A stretch of DNA of 62,997 nucleotides, counting the filler, from Octopus bimaculoides (Eukaryota): assembly GCF_001194135.2 (NCBI RefSeq). It is 6 parts of 6 records of this genome, joined end to end, with 100 filler letters (N's around TTAATTAATTAA, not from the genome) between each part and the next. Parts side by side here need not be neighbours in the genome. Positions count along the whole stretch, not along the records: positions 1 to 9,741 come from NC_068986.1; positions 9,842 to 32,961 come from NC_068981.1; 4 more parts are not named here. One strand, written 5' to 3'. This document shows, piece after piece, positions 1 to 12,105 of this stretch. A program made the translations under genes and the position numbers. The first letter of the stretch is position 1; every line of letters begins with the position of its first letter. The notes under the pieces are model-generated. The model ran no database searches and was not told the DNA's origin. It worked only from the letters and a program-made list of their open reading frames with translations.

Positions 1-31
<31 letters not shown>

Positions 32-33
<2 letters not shown>

Positions 34-280
34 CCCCCCCACCCCCACCAGTTGACAACCGGTGTAGTTGTGCTTACGCTCGCGTAACTTAGTAGTTCGG
101 CAACGAGATCGAAAGAATAAGTGCCAGGTCTTGTTCTTTTATACTTGTTTCAATCATTTGACTACGTCCATGCTGGAGCACAAAAAATAATAAACAAGTA
201 TTGGAGTCGTTTTATTCGACTAAAATCTCAAGGCGGCGCTCAAGTATGACTGTTGTCTGATGGCTGAAACAAATAAAGGG
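32..280 (+). mobile_element. SINE family B, 3' half
   Basis: Matches the 3' half of copies at 7961-8402 and 55870-56010 (GACAACCG..GTAACTTAG..TTCGGCAA..GAATAAGT..CAAGGCGG..GCTGAAACAA). Confidence 0.6.
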
Positions 281-321
281 GATAAAAGACACACACACAC
301 ACACATACATTGATATATATA

Positions 322-531
322 TTCTTTTCTACTCTAGGCACAAGGTCCAAAATTTTGGGAAGGGGCCAGTCGATTAGCTCGACCACAATACGTAACTGGT
401 ACGTTATCGACCTCGAAAGGATAAAAGGTAAAGTCTACCTTGGCGAAATTTGAATCCAGAATGTGAAAAACAGACGAAATACCGCTAAACCTTTCGCCAG
501 CGTGCTAACGTTTTTGCCAGCACGCCGCCTG
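322..531 (-). mobile_element. tRNA-derived SINE family A
   Basis: Reverse complement begins GGCGGCGTGCTGGCAAAAACGTTAGCACGC and has a B-box-like ATTCAAATT and body GAGGTCGATAA..GTACCAGT; homologous to 31855-32075. Confidence 0.75.
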
Positions 532-1546
532 AAATATTGGTATATATTGATATACAATTATTTATGAGCACAAACAACGATAATACTTCTACCCTATATT
601 TCGCCCTGTATACATTACAAACGAGAATATATGAAAGCATATTGTATATGAGTGTGTTCATAATTGTTAGCAGCAAATGTATGTAAATGTATATATCACA
701 AACGAACGTACATTTAGTATATTTTTGTTACGTTGTATCATGTTATAAGCTTTAGCTAGGAGATTCAAAATACGAAAGCCGGTAGTTCATTTGTTCGTTA
801 TTTTTTGCTGACTGACAATATCGAAGGCATATGGCATGAACAGGCAATATTTTATTTAATTCGTTGGCATGAAAAAGCAATATTTTATTTAATTCGTTGT
901 CGCTGTCAATGAAATGTATCGCATAACACTACAGTTCTTTGTGTATACAGTAGATGTATCATATAGCAGTACAGTTGCCTATATATATANNNNNNNNNNN
1001 NNNNNNNNNNNNNNNNNNNNNNNNNNNNNNNNNNNNNNNNNNNNNNNNNNNNNNNNNNNNNNNNNNNNNNNNNNNNNNNNNNNNNNNNNNNNNNNNNNNN
1101 NNNNNNNNNNNNNNNNNNNNNNNNNNNNNNNNNNNNNNNNNNNNNNNNNNNNNNNNNNNNNNNNNNNNNNNNNNNNNNNNNNNNNNNNNNNNNNNNNNNN
1201 NNNNNNNNNNNNNNNNNNNNNNNNNNNNNNNNNNNNNNNNNNNNNNNNNNNNNNNNNNNNNNNNNNNNNNNNNNNNNNNNNNNNNNNNNNNNNNNNNNNN
1301 NNNNNNNNNNNNNNNNNNNNNNNNNNNNNNNNNNNNNNNNNNNNNNNNNNNNNNNNNNNNNNNNNNNNNNNNNNNNNNNNNNNNNNNNNNNNNNNNNNNN
1401 NNNNNNNNNNNNNNNNNNNNNNNNNNNNNNNNNNNNNNNNNNNNNNNNNNNNNNNNNNNNNNNNNNNNNNNNNNNNNNNNNNNNNNNNNNNNNNNNNNNN
1501 NNNNNNNNNNNNNNNNNNNNNNNNNNNNNNNNNNNNNNNNNNNNNN

Positions 1547-1599
<53 letters not shown>

Positions 1600-1942
1600 A
1601 TATCAATATCGTTGTACCAAACGATTGCTAGTTACTCTCACAGAAAGTCACTCAAACCCAGTTGCCAGTTTTATGTCTCTTTTCTACCCGTCTCCTTCAA
1701 ATCTTAGCTCACCTCCCTCGGTTATCATCAAATTCAGCCAAATCTTGGCGCTTGCACTCATCTCACATCAACATTGAGAGTACAGGGGTCAGTTTGTCTG
1801 CCATTTTGGACAGCCATTCCGCATCAGTCTTGAGATGTATGTCTGCGTGACCAACTGATTTCTGAATTTATCTCTTTTTCTCTTTACTTCTAAACCCAAC
1901 CGTTATCTCTCCATCTCTCCTTCAGCTTATCAATAATAATGG

Positions 1943-2140
1943 TTTCAAATTTGGTACAATTTGGCCAGCAATTTCCGGAGAGGGGATAAGTCGATTACAT
2001 CGACACCAGTTCTCAACTGATGATTATTTTATCGACTCCCAAAAGGACGAAAGGCAATGTCGACCCCGGCGGCATTTGAACCCAGAACGTAAAGACGGAA
2101 AATAATGCTACAAAGCATTTTGCTCCGAGTACAACCGAAT
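1943..2140 (-). mobile_element. SINE family A, degenerate
   Basis: Reverse complement contains GGTTCAAATGCCGCCGGGGTCGACATTGCCTTTCGTCC, as in the other family A copies. Confidence 0.65.
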
Positions 2141-2601
2141 CATAGTTTCGCATCTGCGTTCGTGAACTATTCAAATACAAAATGAATTTATCAACTCCAA
2201 GCTAGAATGATGAAAATTGTAGAAATGATCTAAGGTTTTGAACTTGTTAGCCTTCATCAAAGAAAAGAAAGGAAAATCTTGCGTGGCCGAAGCACGTGCA
2301 CATTGATTTGTAATCAAACTGGAAAGCAAAGCAGAAAGAGTTTTATAGCTAAGATGGCGTTCATAACGAGAGGTAAAGAGTGAAAGATGCTTTTCTACCT
2401 ATGTGACTGTGTGTGCGTCTCGCGGGCGAGTTTACGTTGATGCTTATTCGCCCGTGAGATGTGTATTCTAACGGTGCGTTTAGTGAACTGCGGTGGTATG
2501 TCTAATGAATTGTGGAGAAGTAACATTGTATGTGAAAAGAATGAGACAGCGGGGGTGGGGAGTGAGTATATACACAGGCATGTGTGTGTGTTTGTTTATG
2601 G

Positions 2602-3089
2602 CAGGGGTCACCAAACTACGGCCCACGAGGTCAGTTTATCCGGCCTGCTGCCGCACTGTACCTTTTTTGTAATTACTTGCAATGAGAGTTCATTTGCCTC
2701 TGGTATGGCATCAGTGTTTCGAACAACATTTCAAAAATGTATGTTAAGTCAGCACATCGAACGAGGTGGACTGATGAACATTTGAAAGCAGCTTTCTTGG
2801 TTGGATGCAGCAATTCCAAAGCAAATATTGATGATATCTTAAAAACTAAACACCAGTTTCACAAATCTCACTAACCTTTTTTGCTGCTTAGCTTGTGCTC
2901 ACTGGGTGTGATATAACTATCTTATTGCTAACGACGCCTTCTTTGAAAACTTTTTGGTAAATAAATATGTTGTTTGTCTTTATTTTTTGTATACTCACTG
3001 TACTGTATTGAACAAAATGGTTATCCAGCCCGCGCTTGCCATTCTCTCAATTATCTGGCCCGCTGTGAAAAAAAGTTTGGTGACCCCTT
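2602..3089 (+). mobile_element. Non-autonomous hAT (Charlie-like) element
   Basis: TIRs CAGGGGTCACCAAACT / AGTTTGGTGACCCCTT; 8-bp TSD GTTTATGG / GTTTATAG (7/8); internal remnant resembling the hAT C-terminal dimerisation region (..FSKM.YVKSAHRTR.TDEHL). Confidence 0.85.
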
Positions 3090-3149
3090 GTTTATAGATA
3101 TATACAGCAACAGAAAATTGAGCAGATTATTCAGCCTATGGGATTGAGT

Positions 3150-3690
3150 TGATCCGAGTCGAAAAATGAGCTACTGTTCCTGCCGAAACTGTAATTTTAG
3201 AGCACCTTAGAGTAAGATGAGACCAAAGACGGAGAGATACCGAAATTTAAGGTTCAGCAAATAGAAATTGTGAACGAAGGGTGATCTGATGTTGTTTAGT
3301 CAGCAAATCTATCGAGTAATTCCCTTACGCGTCTGAGAAGGAATTTTCAGGTCGGTGGTGATCACAAAGAATAGACAGATACGAAACAGGAACAAGGACG
3401 GGAACAAATAAAAGATCCAAATCGGATGTATGTAGTGGGAGAAGTTGTTCTTGACTTAGAGGTCCTGCAGATTGAGGGTTCGTCTAAAGGAGGGGAAGAG
3501 TCAATTGAGAAAGTGGCGGGAAGCAACAGAGCAGGATTAGAGGAATCTAAAGTGTGGTCGGCTGATATACTAGAGAAGTAACTTGAAAGTATAGCAAGGG
3601 AAGTAACTTTGTAAAAGAGAACGATGAAGTTGTGGTATCAGGATGGTTGAAAGAATCAGAGATGTCAAGAAAAATCGACAGAAATTGTAC
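3150..3690 (-). mobile_element. Penelope-like element fragment (RT thumb to GIY-YIG linker)
   Basis: Minus-strand reading PSFRRTLNLQDL*VK then GSFICSRPCSC matches the PLE linker pattern (F-RR-x2-NL-x-D-x-LV ... G-x-F-x-C-x-R-x2-C); heavily decayed. Confidence 0.5.
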
Positions 3691-3719
3691 AAATATATAT
3701 ATATATATATAGTCGTAAT

Positions 3720-5063
3720 TTTCCCTATATAAATGAGAAGCTCAATGTTTTCCGGGGTGTCTGTGTTACCTAGTGGTTTAAATGCTTTTGTCATTTTCCG
3801 TTTTGATATAATTCTTTTTAAATTTTTGTTTTTGTTATTAATAGCCGTTATACCCATGTGGGTGGGGTTGGAAGGTAGGGGTCTGTGTATCCTATAGCTG
3901 TGTTTTGTGTGTTTTTTGAGTGACTGTGTGTGTCTGTGTGAGTGTTTGCGTGGATGTTTGGTTGGGTTGTGAATGTGCAGGTGTTTCTGTGGGGGCGGGA
4001 TTTGAGCCTTGTTTTTTTCTCTTTTTCCTTCTCAAGTGCTCCAACTGTCTTCTTCTGTCTCTGTTGTGTCTTGTATGGGTCCGCTTTCTCTGGTTTTTGT
4101 TGGATTTTCGCCAGCGTTGTATGTGCTTCTAATTTCGTCGGCGGTGGTGGAGGTGCTGCTGGTTTTGTCGGCAGTGTAGTTGCTGCTGGTTTCTCCTTCG
4201 ATGGGGTGGGGGCTTCTCTTTCTGCTGCTGCTGGTGGCTCGCATCCAGCCCTAATGTGCCCTTTCTGTCCGCATTTATAACACCTGGGCTTCCTGCCTTC
4301 CACGCTCACTCTAAGCTTCGTCTCCCCCACTGAAATTATATCTATAATTTTCTCTAAATCTTCTGGGGAAGCCTGAATTATCAATTCTAAAGCCTGTCCT
4401 ACCCAATTCTGCTGTTGGTACTTATAGGCTTGAAGGATCGTTATTTTATCCTCCAAGCCCATTAAGATTGCATCAATAAGCCAGGCAACATCAATTTCCA
4501 GTGGTATTCCCCCCACCCCACCCTTACCTTGGAAGTGCATCTACCAAGATATGTGGGCAGGAGAGCTACCTCGGCTGTTTTCAACGTGTTCGTTGAATGT
4601 TGCCTGGCTTTTTCCTCGGTACAGAAACGCACCTCCAACGTGCTGTATCGTTTTTCCGTGGTTATGTATGTTACATCCATCCAAATGGGGCGAAGGCATT
4701 TTTCCACAGCTTCTTTGGTTACCGGTTCTATTCTTTTTGATTTCATTGCCACTGTTTTGTAAATAACAGTTTTCCTTGATACGTTCTGTTATAATTTCTC
4801 CGGGAGGTGAAGCTTTCACCTCGTTACCTTCTCTTCGTAGCATATTTTTTATGACTGCCCGGTTCAAAGCAGACGTTTTTTTTTTTCGCCACGCTAGCAG
4901 CCGGTGCAAAGTTTACGCTTTTATCCGCTTTGTCTTCGGGTGGTTCTACTTTCTTCTGTCTTTCCCTTTCCTGTTGCCCGCGTTCCACGAAGTCCTCTTC
5001 CAAACACCTCGTCATTAGCGTCTCCTCGTCGCTCGACAAGCTGTTCATTTTGCACTCAAACAA
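3720..5063 (-). mobile_element. Non-LTR retrotransposon ORF1 (L1/Tx1-like), frameshifted
   Basis: Overlapping ORFs 4462-4752 and 3848-4540 give an RRM-like segment (STLEVRFCTEEKARQ), a CCHC knuckle CYKCGQKGHIRAGC and a Pro/Lys-rich tail; frameshift at a C-run near 4510; no ORF2. Confidence 0.65.
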
Positions 5064-6028
5064 AAAATTTTTACGTTTAGATTCTACCTTCCTCCTTCCA
5101 GGAAGAGAGAATGTGTCACTTGTCTATGATACGACAGAAATGCAATTTTTAAAACCAAATTTACCGTGTGTTCATAGTTCAAAGGTGGAGTTCAAAGTTT
5201 GCAGTTCGAGTTAGCGTGTTGGATTCGTGGTTCTTAAAATATTGTTGTTATGTTCCGTGTGATTATTGCCGTTTCTTTCGATTATATTGTTATTACAATG
5301 TTGCAGTGTACTCGTTTATCCATAAGGATATAACATTATCACAGAGTTACATCGTTTAAATAGAACATTTATAGAATATTAGCGTCCGGCGTTCCTGCCA
5401 GATCGACAGATGCTCTATGTGTGTGTATAAGTATGTGTTTGTGTGCGTATGTGTGTGTGTATGAATGTCAAGATGATAATGATGATGATGTAGGGTGCAA
5501 AACAATTCAAAAAACAAAACAAAACAAAGAACAAAGTACAATTACAGAATTTGTTTAACATAAATGAATACATGAAAAGTGAAGTTTCTCGACGTTGTAG
5601 ACGTTAGTCGTTCCACAGGAAGAAAAGACGATAAATAGGAAACATAAGGATGAGAAAGAGAGGGCGAAGATGAGGAAAAAGAGGAGGAAAAAGAGGAGGA
5701 CGAGGAGCAGAAGGAGAGAGAGAAACTGCATGTGTGCAAAAATTTAATTGGGGTAGGTTTTAAGGGAAAGTTGAAGAGCTGAGCCGGAGGAAATGCAGTT
5801 CTGTTAGGCGAACTCAGAAAGAGACATAGGCCGGTCGAGGGGATAGATTTACCCCCGTGTGTGCTCGCGCTTTGTAGCGGGATAGAAAGGAAATAAAGTT
5901 TGCATATATGTTGGAATACATGTGTGTTTGTATAGATGTATGTACGTGTGTAAATTTGATGGCGTCGGTTAGTGTAAAAGCCGGGGCTGGTGTCGGTGTG
6001 CGTGCAATTGTTGGTTTAGATAGGGAGA

Positions 6029-6087
<59 letters not shown>

Positions 6088-7508
6088 TGTACGATTGTGT
6101 GTAGACCTGTCTAAGTGTGTGTGTGTGTGTGTGTACAGCTAAATGTGTCAAGGAGACGTTGTTGGATGATGTACCGAGGTTGAAGGCATGTGCAGTGAGA
6201 ACAGAGCGAGAATAGCGTTATTTGTATGGGGGAGGGTCCGTATCAGCATTTATGTTTAAAGCAGTGGTGCAATAGTCCGGTATACCACTTTGTCCTGTAA
6301 CTTGGCAGTTCGATAAAAGGTGATTGACATATTCGACATTATGGTTGACGAGATCGAGAAAAATACTTAAAGATATTGTCTTTCTACGTGAAAAACAGTT
6401 TTGTTGTCTATGAAAGATCGTCACAACACAACTTCACTTCGTAAAACTTGTGTTTCTCTTCAGAATTTACTCTTGTAAATAGTTCCTTACAAAATGACTA
6501 TTATTTTTTTTTATTCTAAATTTAATGCAGGTGCACAAACATAGGTGCAGATGTATATTTCTTCACCAGTTCTAACTGGTCATTTCTTTGCTTTCTATCT
6601 TCCTCTCATTCTCTTTCACTTTCTGTCTCTCTCTCCCTCTCTCTCTTCTTCTCTCCCTCTCTTTCTCCTGTCTTCCTCTCTCTCTCTCTCTCTCTCTCCT
6701 TTCCACTTTCTTTATATATATATATCTATATCTATTTGTATATATCTGTTGGTGTGTTTCCTCTAACTATCCTACATTTCTTTCTTTCAGTGGAGGGTGG
6801 GGTTGGCTAATTACGAAAACCTGACGATGCCTTCAGATTATCTTAATCACGATTGGTCACAATTGCCGCCGCGAAGATGGAATTTATCTTCTATCGCATT
6901 TAATATAAATCTCTTCGACATTTTTTGCCTTAATTCAGGCCACTGGTCACTGAGTTATTTCTCTTAAAGGATATACGTGTGTGTGTGTGTGTGTGTGCGT
7001 GCGCGCGCGCGTGTTTGTGTGTGTGTGTGCGTGCGCGCGCGCGTGTTTGTGTGTGAGTGTCTGCGTGTTTGTGTGAGGGGGTGTGCTTTCTTGCCACACT
7101 GATTCTAACCTCCGAACATATTACAGTTCTGCCTATCTTCAATACTTGTTCTGTCTCTATAAGAATTCTGTCTCCCACCATTCCCATTTTGCCGACAACC
7201 AGACCGTTTCAGGCGGTTCCACTCTACCGATTACTAACATTTCTAGCACCGTGCTCAGGCCGTTTTAACATGTCTAACTAGTGTGACCGGAGCTTCAGGC
7301 ACAGATACACACAGATACGCATACATATATACCTACCTACCTACCTACCTACCTACCTACCTACCTACCTACCTACCTACCTACATACATACATACATAN
7401 NNNNNNNNNCTACCTACCTACCTACATACATACATACATACATACATATATACATAAAGCAAAACAAATAAATCTACACAGATACATACATACATACATA
7501 CATACAAG

Positions 7509-7615
7509 CAAAAATACCTTGTCGTTGATGTTGAAATTCCAACGAAGGCGCCTTGGATATAGTTTACAAACCGGTTCTTTCTCTATTGGCAAGAAATCTT
7601 GAAATAAAACAACGA
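7509..7615 (-). repeat. ~100-bp interspersed mini-element embedded in (TACA)n, copy 1
   Basis: Near-identical to 7727-7820 and 43181-43290; CATA repeats on both sides. Confidence 0.8.
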
Positions 7616-7726
7616 CATACATACACACACACATTCATACATACACGCATACATACATACATACATACATACATACATACATACATACATACATACATAC
7701 ATACATACATGCATGCATACATACAT

Positions 7727-7820
7727 ACCTGTTGATGATGTTGAAATTCCAATGAAGGGACCTTGAATCTAGGTTAGAAACCGGCTCTTTCTCAATTCTT
7801 GAAATAAAACCGAACAATAA
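7727..7820 (-). repeat. ~100-bp mini-element in (TACA)n, copy 2
   Basis: Homologous to copy 1 with a small internal deletion. Confidence 0.8.
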
Positions 7821-7960
7821 CACACGCACATACATACAGCAGAAGTCAATGCATGAATATGTTAGTAGAAAGCTCCGAGATGATAGTAATATCGGATTTT
7901 CATTCAGCCGGGCAGTTGTTCACAATATCAGCGAATGATTTAGTTACTTTTTTACTATAG

Positions 7961-8123
7961 GCATGGCTGTATGATAAGAAGCTTGCTTCCTAACCACATA
8001 GTTCCGGATTCAGTCCACTGCGTGACACATTAGGTGAGTGTTTTCTGCTATATCCTCGGGTCAAGTAAAGCCTTGTAAGAGGACTTGGTAGACAGAAACT
8101 GAAAGAAGGCCGTCGTATGTATG

Positions 8124-8180
<57 letters not shown>

Positions 8181-8402
8181 CGTGTGTTTTTGTGTCCCCT
8201 CCCACCACCGCTTGGCAGCGTGTGCTGGTTCGTTTACGTCTCCGTAACTTTACGGTTCAGCAAAAAAGAGACCGATAGAATAATTACTAGGTTTCAAAAA
8301 CAAATAAGTCCTGAGGTTGATTTGTTCGACTAAAACACTCCAAGGTGGTGCTCCAGCGTACCTGCAGTCTAATGACTGAAACAAGTAGAAGAATAAAAGA
8401 AT
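7961..8402 (+). mobile_element. tRNA-derived SINE family B, near full length with internal (TA)n
   Basis: Head GCATGGCTGTATGATAAG (A-box-like)..CCGGATTCAGTCC (B-box-like), central TA tract, tail GACTGAAACAAGTAGAAG. Confidence 0.8.
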
Positions 8403-8722
8403 ATTAGAGATTATGAATTCTCGTCTGAGCATGTGGCTCGTTGCGACGTCGCGCCACTGACGCTCTCACTTATCGCCTGTGGAACGGAGTTTTCTCAACG
8501 TCACCAGCTTCCTGTCGAACCACGCGGTCCACGAAATTCTCCTTTCTAATGCATTTGGTACCGATTAAATACTGATCTCACTTCTAACAACACCATGTGA
8601 TCTGCCTTGACCAATAGTGTCTCATTTTCTTGTAGCCATATGGGATTTCCTGTCTTTCTCTATTCGGTTATCTAAACCTGTTACAAGCCAAAGACACTTT
8701 GCATGGATCGAACTGTTTAAAT

Positions 8723-9642
8723 AACAACAGGAGCACTCAGAGAGCACAAACCTTCGCCAATGCAACACCAACGTCCTCTCAACGATTAACCAGAGATGAT
8801 TTTTAAAATGAGAATATCTTAAATAAACTCGACTGCTCTCACAAACGAGAATACTAAAAATGAACCCAACCGCTCTCAAAAAAAACGGAAAAATAATCCA
8901 GAATCCTTGTCCGGTACCTGATCGATCCCAATAGTAGTTCTGGAATGTGAAGGTTGCTGTAGAAAATTTAGTAACAGCAATATATAATTTATCCTTATAT
9001 GATACAAGCCCAGAGTTAACAAATTCGCCATTCAAAATAGTTTCAAAGGTGGAGGTAATAATAATAAGGTCTACTAAGGAATTTTTAAATGAGACATTTT
9101 GGTCTTCTTTTCTCTTAAATTCCGGCCTTCTTTTAGTATTCCTGTTGATTTAGATCGATGTATGGGTGTATGTATATATATGTAAGTATACTGTAAAGTA
9201 TTAATATGTATGTATAATAAATAATATATGTATTATAAAAATATGTTAGTGTTATTTAATTTCTGAACGGTTTTGCTGCTGTTTGTTTATGTAGTTTGAT
9301 TTCTTTATCCATTAGTTTCTACTAAGATAGAGATGCGAGTAAAATTAATAATACAGAAACGAAAAGAAACTTTGGAAAAAGCCTAAAGGGAGATAATGGA
9401 GAAAGACTTGAACGTCAACATAAGATCGTAATCCTGTAAAGTAAAGTGAATATAACAAATCATCCAGAATCCTTGTCCGGCGTCGGATCGATCCCAAAAT
9501 CCAATCAGTTCGTGTCAGTCACAACATCCCTGAAAGTTTCATCCGAATCCATACAGCGGTTCTTGAGATATCTTGTCCAAGGACAAACAAAGAAGCAAAC
9601 ACGACTGAAAACAGTACCTCCCTCCGCCTTAGCGAAGGCGGA

Positions 9643-9648
<6 letters not shown>
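8723..9648 (+). mobile_element. Helentron-associated (HINE/DINE-1-like) non-autonomous element with duplicated 3' part
   Basis: Subterminal ACCTTCGCCAA (8750-8760) is roughly inverted to 3' AAGGCGGAGGT; perfect hairpin CCTCCGCCTT-AGCG-AAGGCGGAGG at 9621-9644; the segment ATCCAGAATCCTTGTCCGG..GATCGATCCCAA occurs twice (~8896, ~9461). Confidence 0.55.
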
Positions 9649-9709
<61 letters not shown>

Positions 9710-9785
9710 CATCTTACTCAGTAACAAAACAGGCAAAGGACNNNNNNNNNNNNNNNNNNNNNNNNNNNNNNNNNNNNNNNNNNNN

Positions 9786-9797
9786 TTAATTAATTAA
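9786..9797. other. Synthetic scaffold-join linker TTAATTAATTAA (also 33006-33017, 45846-45857, 53558-53569, 60982-60993)
   Basis: Identical 12-mer with stops in all six frames, each centred in 44N+12+44N = 100 bp. Confidence 0.95.
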
Positions 9798-9841
9798 NNN
9801 NNNNNNNNNNNNNNNNNNNNNNNNNNNNNNNNNNNNNNNNN

Positions 9842-9925
<84 letters not shown>

Positions 9926-9926
9926 G

Positions 9927-10721
9927 GATAGAGTCTTACAGCTGTTTCAGGGAAGATCCAATGCGTCCCTTCATCGGAGACAGAAATAGTAGAGGAATCG
10001 ATTATTATATCTAAAAGCGGAGAGTTATAGTAGGAAGTGAGAGTGAGTGTGATGCGCTGAAAGAAGAAAGAAAAAACAGTACTTTGAGTGTAGGTTCATT
10101 CCAGTAGTAAGTATGCATGCAAATAATCCTTGTGCGTATTTTCCGGAGATAATTGTTGTAGCAAAGGTGGATGTATGTCATATTGAGTCCGGAGGATACT
10201 GCGTGTGGTTTGCTTAAAGGATATCCCAAATCAAGTGAGAGATGTGTGTAGGGTAAATAAGTCAAGTCTTAAGACAGGAAGGAAAGGGGAGAGAGAATTA
10301 ATTCAGGTGGAGAATGGTAGTCACAGGTTTTATGGTCAGTTAATCTGACTGGACAGAGAGAATAAGTATTGAGAGTAAAGGAGGAAGGGGGATAGAGGTA
10401 AATGTTTAGTAAGGAAGAAGGAATGCGAGGAGGTATTAAGGAGAGGTAGGCTATAAGTGGTGAGGGTGTGGGTGACATTCTAAAAACAGAATTAAAGGAA
10501 AAAAGGAGAGAGAGAAAGAATTAGTAGGAACATATTCTAAAAATAGAGCTAAGCCTAATTTACGGATGGTAGAAGGGGGATCTGATGCTACTATATTTGA
10601 TTGTGGTTATCAACAAGGAGCCTGCATGCGGTGGTGGTGTTATTAGCAATGAAGTGTAAAGGGAGTAAATTAGGAAAAGATATATTAAGTAGTGATAAGA
10701 TCAAAAAAGAAATAAATCTAT
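9927..10721 (-). mobile_element. PLE-derived 3' segment, left arm of an inverted pair
   Basis: Reverse complement of 11326-12105 with scattered substitutions and indels; ends in a hammerhead-like motif. Confidence 0.7.
9933..9981 (-). ncRNA. Minimal type-I hammerhead ribozyme motif (U4C core variant)
   Basis: GUCU-CCGAUGA-AGGGA(loop)UCCCU-GAA-AC(AGCU)GU-A^AGAC: stem I 4 bp, stem II 5 bp, palindromic stem III, GUA site. Confidence 0.65.
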
Positions 10722-11325
10722 NNNNNNNNNNNNNNNNNNNNNNNNNNNNNNNNNNNNNNNNNNNNNNNNNNNNNNNNNNNNNNNNNNNNNNNNNNNNNNN
10801 NNNNNNNNNNNNNNNNNNNNNNNNNNNNNNNNNNNNNNNNNNNNNNNNNNNNNNNNNNNNNNNNNNNNNNNNNNNNNNNNNNNNNNNNNNNNNNNNNNNN
10901 NNNNNNNNNNNNNNNNNNNNNNNNNNNNNNNNNNNNNNNNNNNNNNNNNNNNNNNNNNNNNNNNNNNNNNNNNNNNNNNNNNNNNNNNNNNNNNNNNNNN
11001 NNNNNNNNNNNNNNNNNNNNNNNNNNNNNNNNNNNNNNNNNNNNNNNNNNNNNNNNNNNNNNNNNNNNNNNNNNNNNNNNNNNNNNNNNNNNNNNNNNNN
11101 NNNNNNNNNNNNNNNNNNNNNNNNNNNNNNNNNNNNNNNNNNNNNNNNNNNNNNNNNNNNNNNNNNNNNNNNNNNNNNNNNNNNNNNNNNNNNNNNNNNN
11201 NNNNNNNNNNNNNNNNNNNNNNNNNNNNNNNNNNNNNNNNNNNNNNNNNNNNNNNNNNNNNNNNNNNNNNNNNNNNNNNNNNNNNNNNNNNNNNNNNNNN
11301 NNNNNNNNNNNNNNNNNNNNNNNNN

Positions 11326-12105
11326 ACTTAATATATCTTTTCCTAATTTACTCCCTTTACACTTCATTGCTAATAACACCACCACCGCATGCAGGCTCCT
11401 TGTTGATAACCATAATCAACTATAGTAGCATCAGATCCCCCTTCTACCATCCGTAAATTAGGCTTAGCTCTATTTTTAGAATATGTTCCTACTAATTCTT
11501 TCTCACTCTCCTTTTTTTCCTTTAATTCTGTTTTTAGAATGTCACCCACACCCTCACCACTTATAGCCTACCTCTCCTTAATACCTCCTCGCATTCCTTC
11601 TTCCTTACTAAACCTTTACCTCTATCCCCCCTTCCTCCTTTACTCCCAATACTTATTCTCTCTGTCCAGTCAGATTAACTGACCATAAAACCTGTGACTA
11701 CCATTCTCCACCTGAATTAATTCTCTCTCCCCTTTCCTTCCTGTCTTAAGGCTTGACCTATTTACCCTACACACATCTTGATTTGGGATATCCTTTAAGC
11801 AAACCACACGCAGTATCCTCCCGACTCAATATGACATACATCCACCTTTGCTATATCCGCCTTTGCTACAACAATTATCTCCGGAAAATACCCACAAGGA
11901 TTATTTGCATGGATACTTACTACTGGAATGAACCTACACTCAAAGTACTGTTTTTTCTTTCTTCTTTCAGCCCATCACACCCACTCTCACTTCCTACTAT
12001 AACTCTCCGCTTATAGATATAATAATCGATTCCTCTACTATTTCTGTCTCCGTTGAAGGGATGCATTGAATTTTCCCTGAAACAGCTGTAAGACTCTATC
12101 CATAA
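11326..12105 (+). mobile_element. PLE-derived 3' segment, right arm of the inverted pair
   Basis: Inverted homolog of 9927-10721. Confidence 0.7.
12046..12094 (+). ncRNA. Hammerhead motif copy (core CCGUUGA, two deviations)
   Basis: GUCU-CCGUUGA-AGGGA..UCCCU-GAAACAGCUGUA^AGAC. Confidence 0.55.

Noticed and set aside
833-898. 33-bp tandem duplication
   Set aside because: Two copies only and no context; ordinary slippage.
7961-8030. SINE heads (also 28540-28590, 31855-31940, 51200-51265) as tRNA genes
   Set aside because: They have A/B-box-like motifs but no complete cloverleaf and continue into repeated SINE bodies.
8622-9035. 137-aa minus-strand ORF
   Set aside because: It overlaps the Helentron-like repeat and shows no recognisable motif or splice support.
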